A DNA stretch of 64,000 nucleotides from Ptychomitrium polyphyllum (Eukaryota), in contig OZ316775.1 in assembly GCA_973851085.1 (NCBI GenBank), forward strand, positions 14,136,001 to 14,200,000, written 5' to 3'. Within the stretch, counting starts at the first letter, position 1. The number at the start of each line of letters is the position of its first letter. Shown piece by piece: positions 1-11,289 of the stretch. The translations under genes were made by a program, and so were the position numbers. The notes under the pieces were generated by a model. It had not been told where the DNA came from. It saw only the letters and a list, made by a program, of their open reading frames with translations, and did not search any database.

Positions 1-1572
1 TCCAGCCCTCTCCATTACTACCCCCCGGTGTTGTCGATGGCAGCCCACTGCCAGGACTACCACCGCTGGGCAGACCAGGTGAGGATGCTGCTGACCTGAT
101 CCCATCCATCCTGTGTGTCGACGAACCTTGCCATGAAGGCCGTGGACTTGACACGACCAAGTTACCCAGGCTAGACTGCATACCACTTATGGCTGCCCCC
201 CTCTCTTGAGCACCAAGAGACGGAAAATTACGTTCAAATGCTGCTTTCTGCATGCTGCTCGTCAGGCTACCACTATTAGTGGGAGGAGCTGTTGGAAGGC
301 TTCCCTGGTCCGCAGCTTTCTTCTCCCCGTTCTCCAATCGAGCTGCTGAACCCATAGAGTGAACTCGCCGAAGTGGTGCAGTGATATCTGCCTCATACCT
401 CGCTCCTGGAACTGGACCTAAACCTGGCCTTCGAAAGGCGGACGAGTTCTCGGACTGCTCAGTCCGCTCCCTCTCCCTCTCCTCGGATCCTCCAAACCCT
501 CCCAAAACCCTGCTCCTATCCCGCCCATCCCTCTCCCTCTCCCGATCCCAATCCCAGTCCCGTTCTCGACCTGTATCTCTATCACTCCGATCCACGCCGG
601 CATCATAGCTGCGATAAGTTGTACTGCGACCAAAATTGTTGTATCCACGTGAAAAACTCTCCCTGTCTGGAACAGACCGATCACTGATGCCCGTGCTGCC
701 GCCTCCAGGCCCTCGTCGAACGGCTGAATAATAAGCACGGTCGGACGAAGAAGAAGGTGGAAATCGTGGAGCATCGTAGTCCACGTTACTGCTTCCGCTC
801 GTTACCCCGTGCGGCTGCACACGCTGCCGCAACGCGAAGGCACCACCCCCACTCTCATCTGAACAACGACATGCTTTTAGTTCGTGTGTAATGAGGCACC
901 AACAGATACAAAGAAGCATCCATCTACATTCTCAAAATTACATGTTCTATTTCACACATGCCAGGTGACGCAATCTCAATCCGCAATACACGTCTCAAAC
1001 CATGTGGCCACAAGCAGGGGAACACCCTGACCCTGGCTCATCAAATGCTTGGACCTGTCTGTCGAACTTAGCAGATGTAAACGAAGGATAGGGAATGAGC
1101 TTGAACATGATCATGTCTTCATGGGAAGACAGTATACGATCAGACGGTACGGTATTTGCAAAAACATGATCACACCAAGTTCCCCGGGGCCAACGACACA
1201 AACGGGGTCTCCCGAGCCAATACATCCAGAAAGCCGCCCTCTATGCTACGATCTCTACAAACCCAAAGCTTGATTAACTCCTCCTTCAAACCCTATCCGC
1301 TCTCCTGGTAGGAACAAAAACACGGAAACCATCTTGCGATTGAAATAGGGCTGTAAAACGAAAACCCTTCCAGAAAAAAGAGAGTAGACGTCCTTGGCGC
1401 TGACCCCCTCGTGCACAATATCCCACAACATACCAATGAGAACCATACATGGGAGTAGAGAGCCACCTTGGTGATTGGAGGATGCTTGCGAGTAGTGGGT
1501 TGCCCCGCCAACCCCGCCACTGCTGGCTCCTTTGAGCCATTGCGGGACCAACGATGGCTCACTTCTCTCCAT
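1..1572 (-). CDS. 5' part of a conserved plant protein of unknown function (At1g36990/At4g08510-like); continues beyond position 1
   Basis: ATG at 1572 begins MERSEPSLVPQWLK, resembling the family N-terminal EPxLVPxWL motif. Exon 1 (1467-1572, donor CAAG|GTGGCT) joins in phase 1 to exon 2 starting at 858 (acceptor TTCAG|AT), which reads DESGGGAF...DRDTGRERDWDWDRERERD... towards the window edge. Confidence 0.75.
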
Positions 1573-3310
1573 CCCTGCCACAGACCATGATAGGTCTGCC
1601 GGCAGGAGCCCCACCGTCACTTTCTGCTTGCCCCCGACTTCGTCCTACTTTGTCTACGGAATACACACGGCGCCCGCCAATCTCGTGAACAACGCAGAAA
1701 GCTCGCGCTCAGGCTAACCGACAATGAAGGCCAATCATCTCACACAAGCACCGGTCCGGGAGCGTCCATTACGCCCTCTCGGAATCGTCCAGAATCGTGC
1801 AAGCTTCAGCTATCATCAATGGCCCAATCCCCTAAATCTCTCTGCCGTCGCCAGCAACCAACATCTTCTTGTCGTCTAAGAAACCCTAGCCTCCATGTGG
1901 AACCTCTAAACCATCGCACTAACAGGCACGCGAAGACTCCATGCTGATAGCTTCTCCGGAGTACGATGCTACGCACTTGACATCCGCATAATCCCCAGAT
2001 CTTTCAATATACATGAGATCCCCCTACAAGGTGTTCCGAATTGCACCAAATGATCCAGAGTCAGCACCCGAGGCACTCAAACTGAGCGTCCACTGCACAA
2101 AGTCCTTAAATGTTACACTAGCGCCCGGCTTGATGTCCACGGCTTCGACACTACGCCAATGTTGGTACAAGGTTAGGCTCGGGCCAAAAAGCAGCCGAAG
2201 AGTCCAAGGCAAAGTATGATACGACGGCGAAAATCCCAGCAGGTGCCTACACGCGCCCAATAGTGTGGATTCCCAGCCGCGATGATCTTTCTCCCATCAA
2301 CACACCTCACAACTGAAAGGAAAACCCCTCACACAGAACCTCCGGGACAAATTCACCAATACACATCCGTCAACTCGAGCTGTGCGGAACCTCGACCATC
2401 ACCGTCCCATCCTCTGGCGTCCTTCCAAACGCGTGCAATGCCCGAACATTCGCCACACGAGATGAAAATATCCCCCCCTCACTCGACCACATCAAACCGT
2501 CCGCTTCCGCGCCCGCGAGGGCTAACAACAACAAGCGGCGAGTATCTTCCACCGGCATATCCTGGGTGCCATGCCTGCTGCCACCCTCTCTGCAAACCCT
2601 AACTCTCGATGCACACGAAAACACGCCAACTGGCCCGCACACCGGGACGCAGCCACGCCGGGATCCCCCGCCCTCGCTCAACCTAACCAAATCCTCCCCA
2701 CACCGCTCACAACGTCGCCACCCCGGCGCATCCCCTCCCTGCCCTGCGTCCACAATCCAATCCTCTCCCCCGCACCGCAATCACAGCCACAATGCCCCCG
2801 CCATCTCCCCCGCAGCCCCCCGTGCGATTCACCGATGAGCCCCCACCGCAAAACCCCGCGCAACCACCGCAACAACCCCTGGGCCGAGTGACCTAAACCA
2901 TGGACGAATCCCGCACGCCCCCCGCCAACACCAAAACCCCTCGCCCCGAAACCACCAAACCCCGCCTCCTCTCGCGCCCTCTCCCTCCCTCCCGCCCGCC
3001 CTCCCCCGCCAATACGGAAAAACCCCGGCGACTGTCGCCACCACCGCCGCACCACCGCCCGTCCAAGATGATCTCGCTCTGCCGCGGAATGGTGCGCTCG
3101 CGCCCGGAACCCCAAACCCTAGACCCCTGGAAACAGGGACCACAACCCGCGAGGCCAGTCAAAGTAGAGAGTCCAACAGGAACCTGCAATCCCTCCGCGC
3201 GCCTGCGAGCCCGGGCAGCGTCCACAGACCGGCACTCCGCACAGATGGATGGCGCCGACCACGAGCTGCTGCGCGCACACGGCAACAGCGGTGCAGGACG
3301 CCGCTGCAAT

Positions 3311-3378
3311 GGAATGCGAATGCGAATGCGAATGCGAATGCGAATGCGAACGCGAATGCGACTGCGAATGCAAATGCG
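3311..3378. repeat. (GCGAAT)n hexanucleotide microsatellite, about 11 units
   Basis: Visible tandem gaatgc units with a few variants (gaacgc, gactgc). It is the source of the MRMRMR/ECECEC/AFAFAF runs in the ORF track. Confidence 0.95.
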
Positions 3379-3545
3379 GAAGCCGGGCCAGCGCAGAGAA
3401 AGGAGGAATGAATTGGTTCGGCGGGAGAAGTGCCGTGGAAGAGGAGCGAAGGTGGAGTTAGTACTGGATTTGGGTGGGCTTTCCTGTGGGTTGTGGTGTG
3501 CTTGGCTGTGCTGGAGGCCTGGGCGTGTGAGAGGGCACCACTGCG

Positions 3546-3656
3546 GAGTGAATGGAATGGGATGGTATGGAATGGAGTGGAATGGAGTGTGGAATGGAGT
3601 GTGGGATGGAGTGGAATGGAGTGTGGAACGGAGTGGAATGGAGTGGAGTGGCGTGG
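3546..3656. repeat. Degenerate (GGAAT/GGAGT)n pentamer array
   Basis: Visible ggaat/ggagt/ggagtgt units over about 110 bp. Confidence 0.9.
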
Positions 3657-3726
3657 TTCCACCGGAGCGCTTGGCCTTGGGCTTGGGTGCATGGGTGTGC
3701 ATCTGCAGCGGAGGCTGTGCCCCGAC

Positions 3727-3770
3727 GCACCCCCGCCCGCACCCCCACCCGCACCCCCACCCGCACCCCC
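3727..3770. repeat. 12-bp C-rich tandem repeat (GCACCCCCACCC, about 3.5 copies); G-quadruplex motif on the minus strand
   Basis: gcacccccgccc gcacccccaccc gcacccccaccc gcaccccc. The minus strand has more than 4 G-runs of 3-5 G with 1-3 nt loops. Confidence 0.85.
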
Positions 3771-5651
3771 TGGGCTCAGTGGGTACCGGCCGTTCTCTGG
3801 TGTCAGTGCCCTCTCCACCCTTCTTTTCTTGTCTATGTGTCACTTTTCTGTTGCTCCTGTGTTGCCCCGTCTTTGCCGTCGAGTTTACTGCATTCCACAT
3901 TATGAGTGGTCCTTGTGAAGTTTTGGTGACTATTCTGGCTGTTACTCTTGGGAACTGTCAGATTAGTCATTTAAGTTTAGTTGCAGTGAATCTCCAGTTT
4001 ACGTGAGGCATCTGTTTAGTAGTAATGATGTTCTAGTTGCTCTTTGTGGTTTGATTCTGAGGTCGGTCAAGACGTCCACTTCTTATTGGCTGAAGAATGT
4101 TACATCAGTAAATGGTCCTTTGTTAATGGTAAGGTGGAGGTTGGTTTAGTTACTTTCATAGTTGGACGGGGATATGTTGAAGTTGTCGTGGATTGTCTGT
4201 TGATAGAAATATTCATAGGTTGCTCAAAGGCATTTAGAATTTTAGAACTTGTAATGGATTGTTTTGCAATAGAAAAATGTTATACACTATGTTGTTTATG
4301 TCAATTTTACTATTGTTCTAAATTTTGAGAATATTTATATATTATACCAAGATTTTACATGTGGTATCAAATCTAGAGTTGATTTTTTAAAATACAAATT
4401 ATATACTCACATCTTAGGTGCTCAAAAAAATTTTAGACAGATTTGTGATAAACTATTTTATAAAATATCTTTTTCATTCTAAGTTTTTTGATTTAATTCC
4501 TAGTAATTCCAATAGTGATTTAAAGTTTAATATTGGTTGCTCAGATAGATATATAGATAGATCTATATGGACTAATTGTTGCACTATTTGACTTTAAGCA
4601 ATCTAATAGAGATGCAAATCAAAATTCAAAATGGAGCAATTTCTATGAATTTCCATTATTAAGTATTTGCAATATGAAGCATGTACAATTAATTATGATG
4701 TATTAAAGGAAGAACTTTAGAATTGGAAGTTAAACCATTTTATACACTAGATAAGTAGGATTTTTAAAATATTGAATATAAAAATAATCAAAGAATTTTA
4801 GGCCTTAATTTTATAGATTTCTTTTATTTGATTTGTATTGTATTTAGAAAACTGATCTTGATTAACTTCTTACAATGTAAAAGTTATTTTTATTGCACCT
4901 CCAGGATTATCATTATATAGTAAATTTTTGATATATTCTTATTAGCTATTATGACTTTTAACAATTCTTAATTATAATATTTTCAATTGATATATGATAA
5001 ATATTAACAAAGACTTTGATTTACTAAGCAAAATTTAATATATATATTATATAATCATATATTAAAAAATACTCATGATCATAATTATAATTGTATAAAT
5101 ATTACACTCAATTGAGTTATTTATTTATTTATTTATATGAATTTTTTTTAAATAATTTATATGATTAGTAAGGTTTTCATGAAATCCAACTTTTGAAAGA
5201 ATTTTAAATTGTCAAATTCATAGGAAGATTTCCCATTCTAATTTTCAATGAAATTATGGCTTCAAATTTTAAAACTTATTGTTATTTTGGCTAATGATTG
5301 TATGTTTAAATTTCAAAATCATTACTTTGTTGAAATTGGGGCATTTTTCCATGAATTTGGTAGTTCATAAAAATTTCTATAAAGTTTGAATTTAGTTAAC
5401 ACTTGTTCAATTTTTTTTTTTTTAAATTTTTGAAAAGATTCAAATTTTATTAAGTAAAATGGACATACTCCATCCTTTAATAAAAACATATGTATGTTTT
5501 TTCTACAATCATAATATTCAATAAGTGCTATAAATTTGAAATTTTTATTAATTAAACGAAAATTTTAATATTACAAATTTTACAATTCAAATTAATGAAA
5601 AAAAAATTGCTCAAAATTTTTAATTAAAAAAATTTCATTGTATTCTAGCTT

Positions 5652-5719
5652 TTAAAAAAAGTAACAAAGTAACTGTTTTATAAAAAAAGTAACAAAGTAA
5701 CTGTTTTATAAAAAAAGTA
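5652..5719. repeat. Short tandem duplication (about 28 bp) in AT-rich intergenic block
   Basis: aaaaaaagtaacaaagtaactgtttt occurs twice consecutively. Confidence 0.85.
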
Positions 5720-7899
5720 TATAAGAAACCCTAGACAACATTGGTGGTTGATAATATGCAATTTTTTTTCAATAAACACCATAATGAACTTGATTTTTAA
5801 AAAGCAAAAAAGAAAAAAAAAAAAAAAGTATTTATAATTTGAAAACTTACAAACAGTATGAAAAGTTTAAATTTTAATAGAACATATTGCTTGAATTCAA
5901 TTTCATAAAGATGGATATTACTAAAATTCTTTTATATTATATTTTTGTTAAAATTTCATTTTTTTTGAAGTAAAAAAGGTGTTTCAATTGTGATTTTTGA
6001 TGGTTTTCTAATCATTTGATGTCTTTTTTCTTACAAACTAAGCTACTTCTAAAAGAAAAGTATAAAATAAGAAATGAGACTAAGACACAATAAGACTAAA
6101 ATATTCTTTAAAATCTTGGTCCTTAATAATTGATTACATGCTTGTTAATTTGTTAAAGTGAATTGAAAACTATCCATATAATTCATCTTTGATGTTAATA
6201 CATGTTTTCTTTTAGATATTGTCTTTTTTAATCATATTCTTGGATTAAAGAGAAAATATTATATGCCTTAAAAACTTGTTTATACCTTCTATCAAATTCT
6301 TTGGATTTGTAAGTATAGAGTTAAATTTGTTTTTTGAAAACCGAATAAATCAAATTGTAAATAATGTTTATATAAGTGTTTATGGTTGTAAGAAACTCTA
6401 AGAAAGTACAAAAATCATATTTTCTTCACATCTGAACAGAAAACCTTCACTTTTTCATCACCTTCACTTTTACCCAGAAGCGTATTGTACTTACAAATAT
6501 GAAGAGTTCCTTACAGTGATATAAATAGTGTCCTCTACCTTACAGCTTGTGGCTGGTCAGCTGTGACCGTAATAGATATCAAGATCCACAAAACAGCTAA
6601 TTATGGATTAGTTTTACATGGTGTTGTAGCTATGCATGGCTTTGCTTGAAGGAGTTTCTTGCAACATATTCTTCATGCTCTGTACTGTCCTCTGGATTCT
6701 GTTGCTTTTTCCTAATCATTTGGGTGCCGAAGTTGTTCACAGCGATTGAGCTTACTGCACAAAAGAATGCCATTAGGACCAGTCCACTCATACCTCCAAC
6801 CTATTCTGTTACTGCATTTGAGTGGTTAACGCATTCCAACCCAATATCCTTGTCATGAATCGTATCCATCCTGTAGACTTTCCCTTGTTTTCTTTAGATC
6901 TGTGTGGTATTCTACAGTGAACCTCTGAACACTCTCAAAGGGATAAGTCCATCACCCAAAGGTATATTTCCATTGTCAAACCATGTTCCACAGAGCATTG
7001 GGGAGTTTATGCACCGCATTACCAACCGGTAATCATACATCAACTAGACTCACACGTCAAGGCATTCAGTGCCACATGCCCTCACCATCATTTATTGTGG
7101 TGGATATCCCACTTTCCAAAGCTGAGGTGAGCTGCTTCAACTGCTCAGGAATGTTATGCCTTTGACCATGTTTCCCTGGAGTCCAAGCACTTGGCACGTC
7201 ATTCAAGCATACTGTCTACGATTAGATGCTGGCAACCTCGGTTAGCCGGCAACGAAGTCCCCGTTGAGAGCATCCACTGAATCTGTGGCGGTGAACATTG
7301 AAGACCTAAGAATATCCATGTATTGCTGACATGTGTTACCAATAACAGGGCCTTGAGTCCAGGTCCTGCAATCGTTCTTGAGAGGATTGTATGCTTGGAA
7401 TGCGAGCTCCACAGGCGTGATGGCAAACACGCTGTTCAAGTATGCAGTGACGCATACATCCCGTCAAGCACTTCAAATGGCTCCAGAGGGTTGATGGTGT
7501 GACTTAAATTCGGTGTATGTGGGGATCGTTCGCTGTGATCCTTCCGCTTGTATGATGTCGATTGCGTACATCAATTATGTCTGTGTAACGATCGGTGTTA
7601 GGAGACGATGAGTGAGTCATTTTCAGACAGGAATGGCATGCAGTCGAAGTCATGAAGCCGGAGTTAAATTGCGTATACGCTCAACAGAATTTGAAGTATG
7701 CTAGTGTTGATGTTTCATATATATCCTTGTGATGATTTTTTATTGATGTTCTAGCTTGGAGTGTGTCAAAATTCTCTTTAACACACCTCACTGGAAAGCT
7801 ACAAGGATACGTGGGGACAGAGAGTGTCACCTGGGAAGGAGTTAGGGCATGGAGAGTTGGAGATTGGGATGTGAAATGATGGTGAAGACGATGATGATG

Positions 7900-8844
7900 C
7901 TAGAGCTTCTGCGCGACTGTTTTCACAGCGTCAGCAAGCGCAACCAGCACTCGAGCCAAGGTTGCGGTATCCTTGGGTTTGGTGTTCTCCATCTCCACCG
8001 GCTCCTGACGCTTGTCACTCCTTTCCAGCACCTTCATGAAGCAATCGATGAGCTCCTTGGAGCCATCCTTCATTGCGTGCACAAAATCGTTCAAGACCAC
8101 GGGGTTGTCTAAACTTACTCTCGTCTGCTGCTGCTCCTGCTGCAGTTTCTTGCCTCTTCTCCTCTTCCCGCTCGAACCTGTGTCAACAGACTCCATGTCG
8201 TTGCCCTCACTACTCCCAACCTTGTCCTTCATAATCATCGGGGTGGAACTCGACACCGGGTTCTTGATGAGCTCCCGCTCTTTCCATCGGACTCTGTCTT
8301 TCTTCTCCTCTTTCTCATTCTGGATGGCGTGCAGGCTATAGAACACGATCTCGTCCATCTGAGGTGGCAAGCTCGCGTCCTTGCGCTCCTTGTTCGTCAT
8401 GTCTTTGAAGTAGTCCTTGGCGCCGCCGCCGTCTACGTACTGCCACTCGCGCACCGCCTTGTAATCCTTCATCATGTTCTCCCATTTGTCCTGGCACTGG
8501 CTGCCACTTCGGCCCATCTCCTTGGTCTCCATGTGCATCGCCACGATTCGCCACTTCTCAGCTGCCGGCAGCTTCACTCCCTGGCTCTTGTACGCCTGGC
8601 AACGCTCCCGCTCTTCTTTCTTCGCTTCGATCAAGGTCAGCATCTCCGACACCGTCCATGGCGCGCTCCGGCTGCGCTTCTTGTTACTCCCGCACCGGCT
8701 TCCATTCAGGCAAGAGTCGACGGCGCCTACAATCCCTCCCCCGAAATTGTGCAGCTGCAGCTGACTCCCATTCATTGCACCGCCAACGTCTACCTGTGTC
8801 GGGTCCGACGCCTCGCCGGTCCCGTTCTCCTTCATCTCCGTCAC
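7900..8844 (-). CDS. Trihelix (Myb/SANT-like) transcription factor, ASR3/SH4-like; single exon, 314 aa
   Basis: Trihelix motif WTVSEMLTLIEAK...EKWRIVA...RSGSQCQDKWENMMKDYKAVREW followed by YFKDMTNKERKDASLP. Basic NLS (GKRRRGKK) and a C-terminal helical LARVLVALADAVKTVAQKL typical of the SH4/ASR3 clade. Confidence 0.9.
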   Translation of the reverse strand: MTEMKENGTGEASDPTQVDVGGAMNGSQLQLHNFGGGIVGAVDSCLNGSRCGSNKKRSRSAPWTVSEMLTLIEAKKEERERCQAYKSQGVKLPAAEKWRIVAMHMETKEMGRSGSQCQDKWENMMKDYKAVREWQYVDGGGAKDYFKDMTNKERKDASLPPQMDEIVFYSLHAIQNEKEEKKDRVRWKERELIKNPVSSSTPMIMKDKVGSSEGNDMESVDTGSSGKRRRGKKLQQEQQQTRVSLDNPVVLNDFVHAMKDGSKELIDCFMKVLERSDKRQEPVEMENTKPKDTATLARVLVALADAVKTVAQKL

Positions 8845-9699
8845 TTATTGAAACTCCCGCATGTTGCAATTACTCCGAGGATTCGATTCCACCGCCTGGT
8901 TTGAAGATGCACAGCCTAGCACCCTCTCCCATTCCCACCCTATCCTCATCACTTGCATCAGTTCCCGCCCTCTTCTCAGTCTGGATCCTCTCCAGAAAGC
9001 ACTACTCTCGGAGTTTTACGGCTCCAATTCCTCGTCACCTGCACCAATGCATAGATATGATAATGCGAACGCGAATTTTTATTTGTCAGGAATCATGTAT
9101 TCCAATCCCTCGACCACTCATAGAATAATCCGTGCCCTGCGCAAAGGCATTGGTAGAGAGTTCTGGGCATGTGGAGTTGCAGCAATTGGAATTGAATTTG
9201 GAATGGCCAAAGGTCGGGGGCGTGATGTGCAGGAGTAACAGACCAGCGCAAATCCCTCGCCTCGACCTCTAAATCGAGTGCATACAGGCACTGATCCGTG
9301 GCGCGCGCACACGCACAAAAACGGAGAGGTAGAATAATTGGATAGGGAATTGCACGAGGTGCGAGAATTGTTGAATGGCTCCGTGGGAATGAGGAAACTA
9401 GGGCAAAAATTGGCGCCCTTGTGCTCTATGGTAGTTAACTGAACTGCACAAGGACCAACCGCTCCCTGCTTCCCAAACTGTCTACCACTCAATTCATAAC
9501 TTCGGTCCTGCATGCGCTTTGCAGATCTGCATTGAAATTCTTGCTTGACCCGATCCATCAAGAGCTCGCATAGTCAACAGAGCAATATTGCACCTCTCTT
9601 GGCCATGCTTTGTGCATTTGTAACCTCGTTCAGATCATTGCGTTCGAAGACCAAGCTCTGTTCGCTCACAGTAGCCCGCCATTTTGAATGACGTGCACC

Positions 9700-11289
9700 T
9701 TCTTGCGAACGAATCTCGTTTAAACGTTGAAGGATTTGAGTGAGGTCCCCGTCATATCCTGCATTCTGCTTTTCCATTGTCCTCGTCGCACTCATCATTC
9801 AGGTTCTGCTCTTAACCAGCGAATCATCCCATGGTTTAGGTCGGACGATTCTTGAGCGATTCTTCCCTCGAAACAGCGTCGATTACTTTGATGCTCCGAA
9901 TCCCTACTTGGCCTTGACAATTTCAGGAGATAATCCAGTGAGAGCCATACAAACCCTAATGTCTTGAGGTGCCAATATGGAAATGTTAGAAGGGATGGGT
10001 CATGTAATATGGATATGTTTATAGGTGACTTCCACTGCAGGGCACAAGTTCACATGAGCTGACGTCTTTAAACTTCTCCATTTAGTAGTGTACACCGTCG
10101 ACATGCTATGTTGCTAAATGCTTCAGAGTTCGGAATTAGAACTTATTTATCAACATCGGGTTTACAGCTTCTGAAAGTCTGAGCTGTGGATGCGTCAACA
10201 CCAACCTGCGGGTCACTTGTGTCTATTGTGAGCTTTCCAATTCAGCAAGTTTATTAACTTCTGGAAGATACTGGTTGAGACTAATCGAAGACCTCAACAT
10301 TCCTCTGGCTCAATTCTGTTATAAGCGTTGAAGTGCGTCAACGAACGGCTATCTTCAACAACAAACCATACGGCAAGTTTTCTGCAACACCGCCGAGCTG
10401 ACAACGGTACTGTACATCTGAAAAGACTAACCATCTTAACAATCGGCCAAGTGTTTACTACAATAATTGACGATGGCAAGTAGAGAAACTCCAAGAATCT
10501 CCCTCTCTCAGGCCGCCTCTACCTCTCATTGTGTAAAAATGACTTCACAGATGTTTCCACATGCTATCTCGGTAACCTTGATTAAGTATAGCAGAGTTCT
10601 CGCAGTGGTGGGAAACGTTTGGAAATGCTCAAATACATGTACGATTGAGAGATGAGCTCCTCTATGGACCTCTACAAGCTTAGCTACTCTGTATTTTGCT
10701 GAATTCTGGTCTGCTTCGAATTGGCACTTTCATTTGTTGGTATTTTACTGTTTTCGTATTTGCAACGAAAAAGCCTCCTCTCCAGTTTATGAAAATTGCA
10801 CCACACAGGAGCAAGGTACTTGCAAGAAGTCACACTAGTTCCTTTGACAATCAAGATATTTAATGTCATGTCACAACTTACTTGGTGGCCGGAGGAAAGT
10901 TGAGAGAGAAACCTGGCCGTAGCATTGCAAAAGCTTCTCAATGCATCATCAAGTGCTGTTCCGTCGACGACATATTTGCAGATTACGGTTCAAAAGTTCA
11001 CAGCCAGGCAGGGAGATCCATCGTCTTCACAATTAAAGCCATTTTCAATAGCAGTATTTTTGTGCATCTCTTGCTCTCCAGCATACGACAAAATCTGCTG
11101 ACAAATGTTCACTTGCTGATCGAAATCATTAACCTTCTATTGTATAATCGGCTTTACTCGGTGATTTCAGATGTGGAAATCCTTCAAGGACGTAGAATCC
11201 ATCACAAACTCTGGAGTACTGCCCTGTAACAAGACTGTCATTCAGCGCCAGTAAAACAGACTATTGATGTGCCAACTTATCCAGACGCA
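9700..11289 (+). pseudogene. Decayed upstream portion of a GMI1/SMCHD1-like gene
   Basis: Collinear fragments resembling GMI1, broken by lesions: GDNPVRAIQTLMS*G (about 9925-9970, cf. GKESIEKILQSLEEEG); LAQFCYKR then frameshift to KC (10305-10336, cf. LAQCCRRVKC); VEILQG (11173, cf. IKILKG) then TLEY in another frame (11208); in-frame TAA at 11227. The 5' boundary is approximate. Confidence 0.55.

Noticed and set aside
1559..1588. Out-of-frame uORF overlapping the start of the At1g36990-like gene
   Set aside because: TGGCAG just upstream of the main ATG may be a 5'UTR intron acceptor, which would make the uATG intronic; cannot be resolved without transcripts.
2893..4006. Long overlapping ORFs of 335 aa (-) and 368 aa (+)
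   Set aside because: They are open only because of GC-rich sequence and stop-free microsatellites (MRMR, PHPH, WNG repeats); no recognisable domain.
8012..8904. Plus-strand ORFs (109-191 aa) over the trihelix gene
   Set aside because: Antisense shadows of a GC-rich coding sequence.
9574..9798. Minus-strand 74-aa ORF with helical-looking sequence
   Set aside because: No recognisable family or splice support; it overlaps the presumed plus-strand GMI1 relic.
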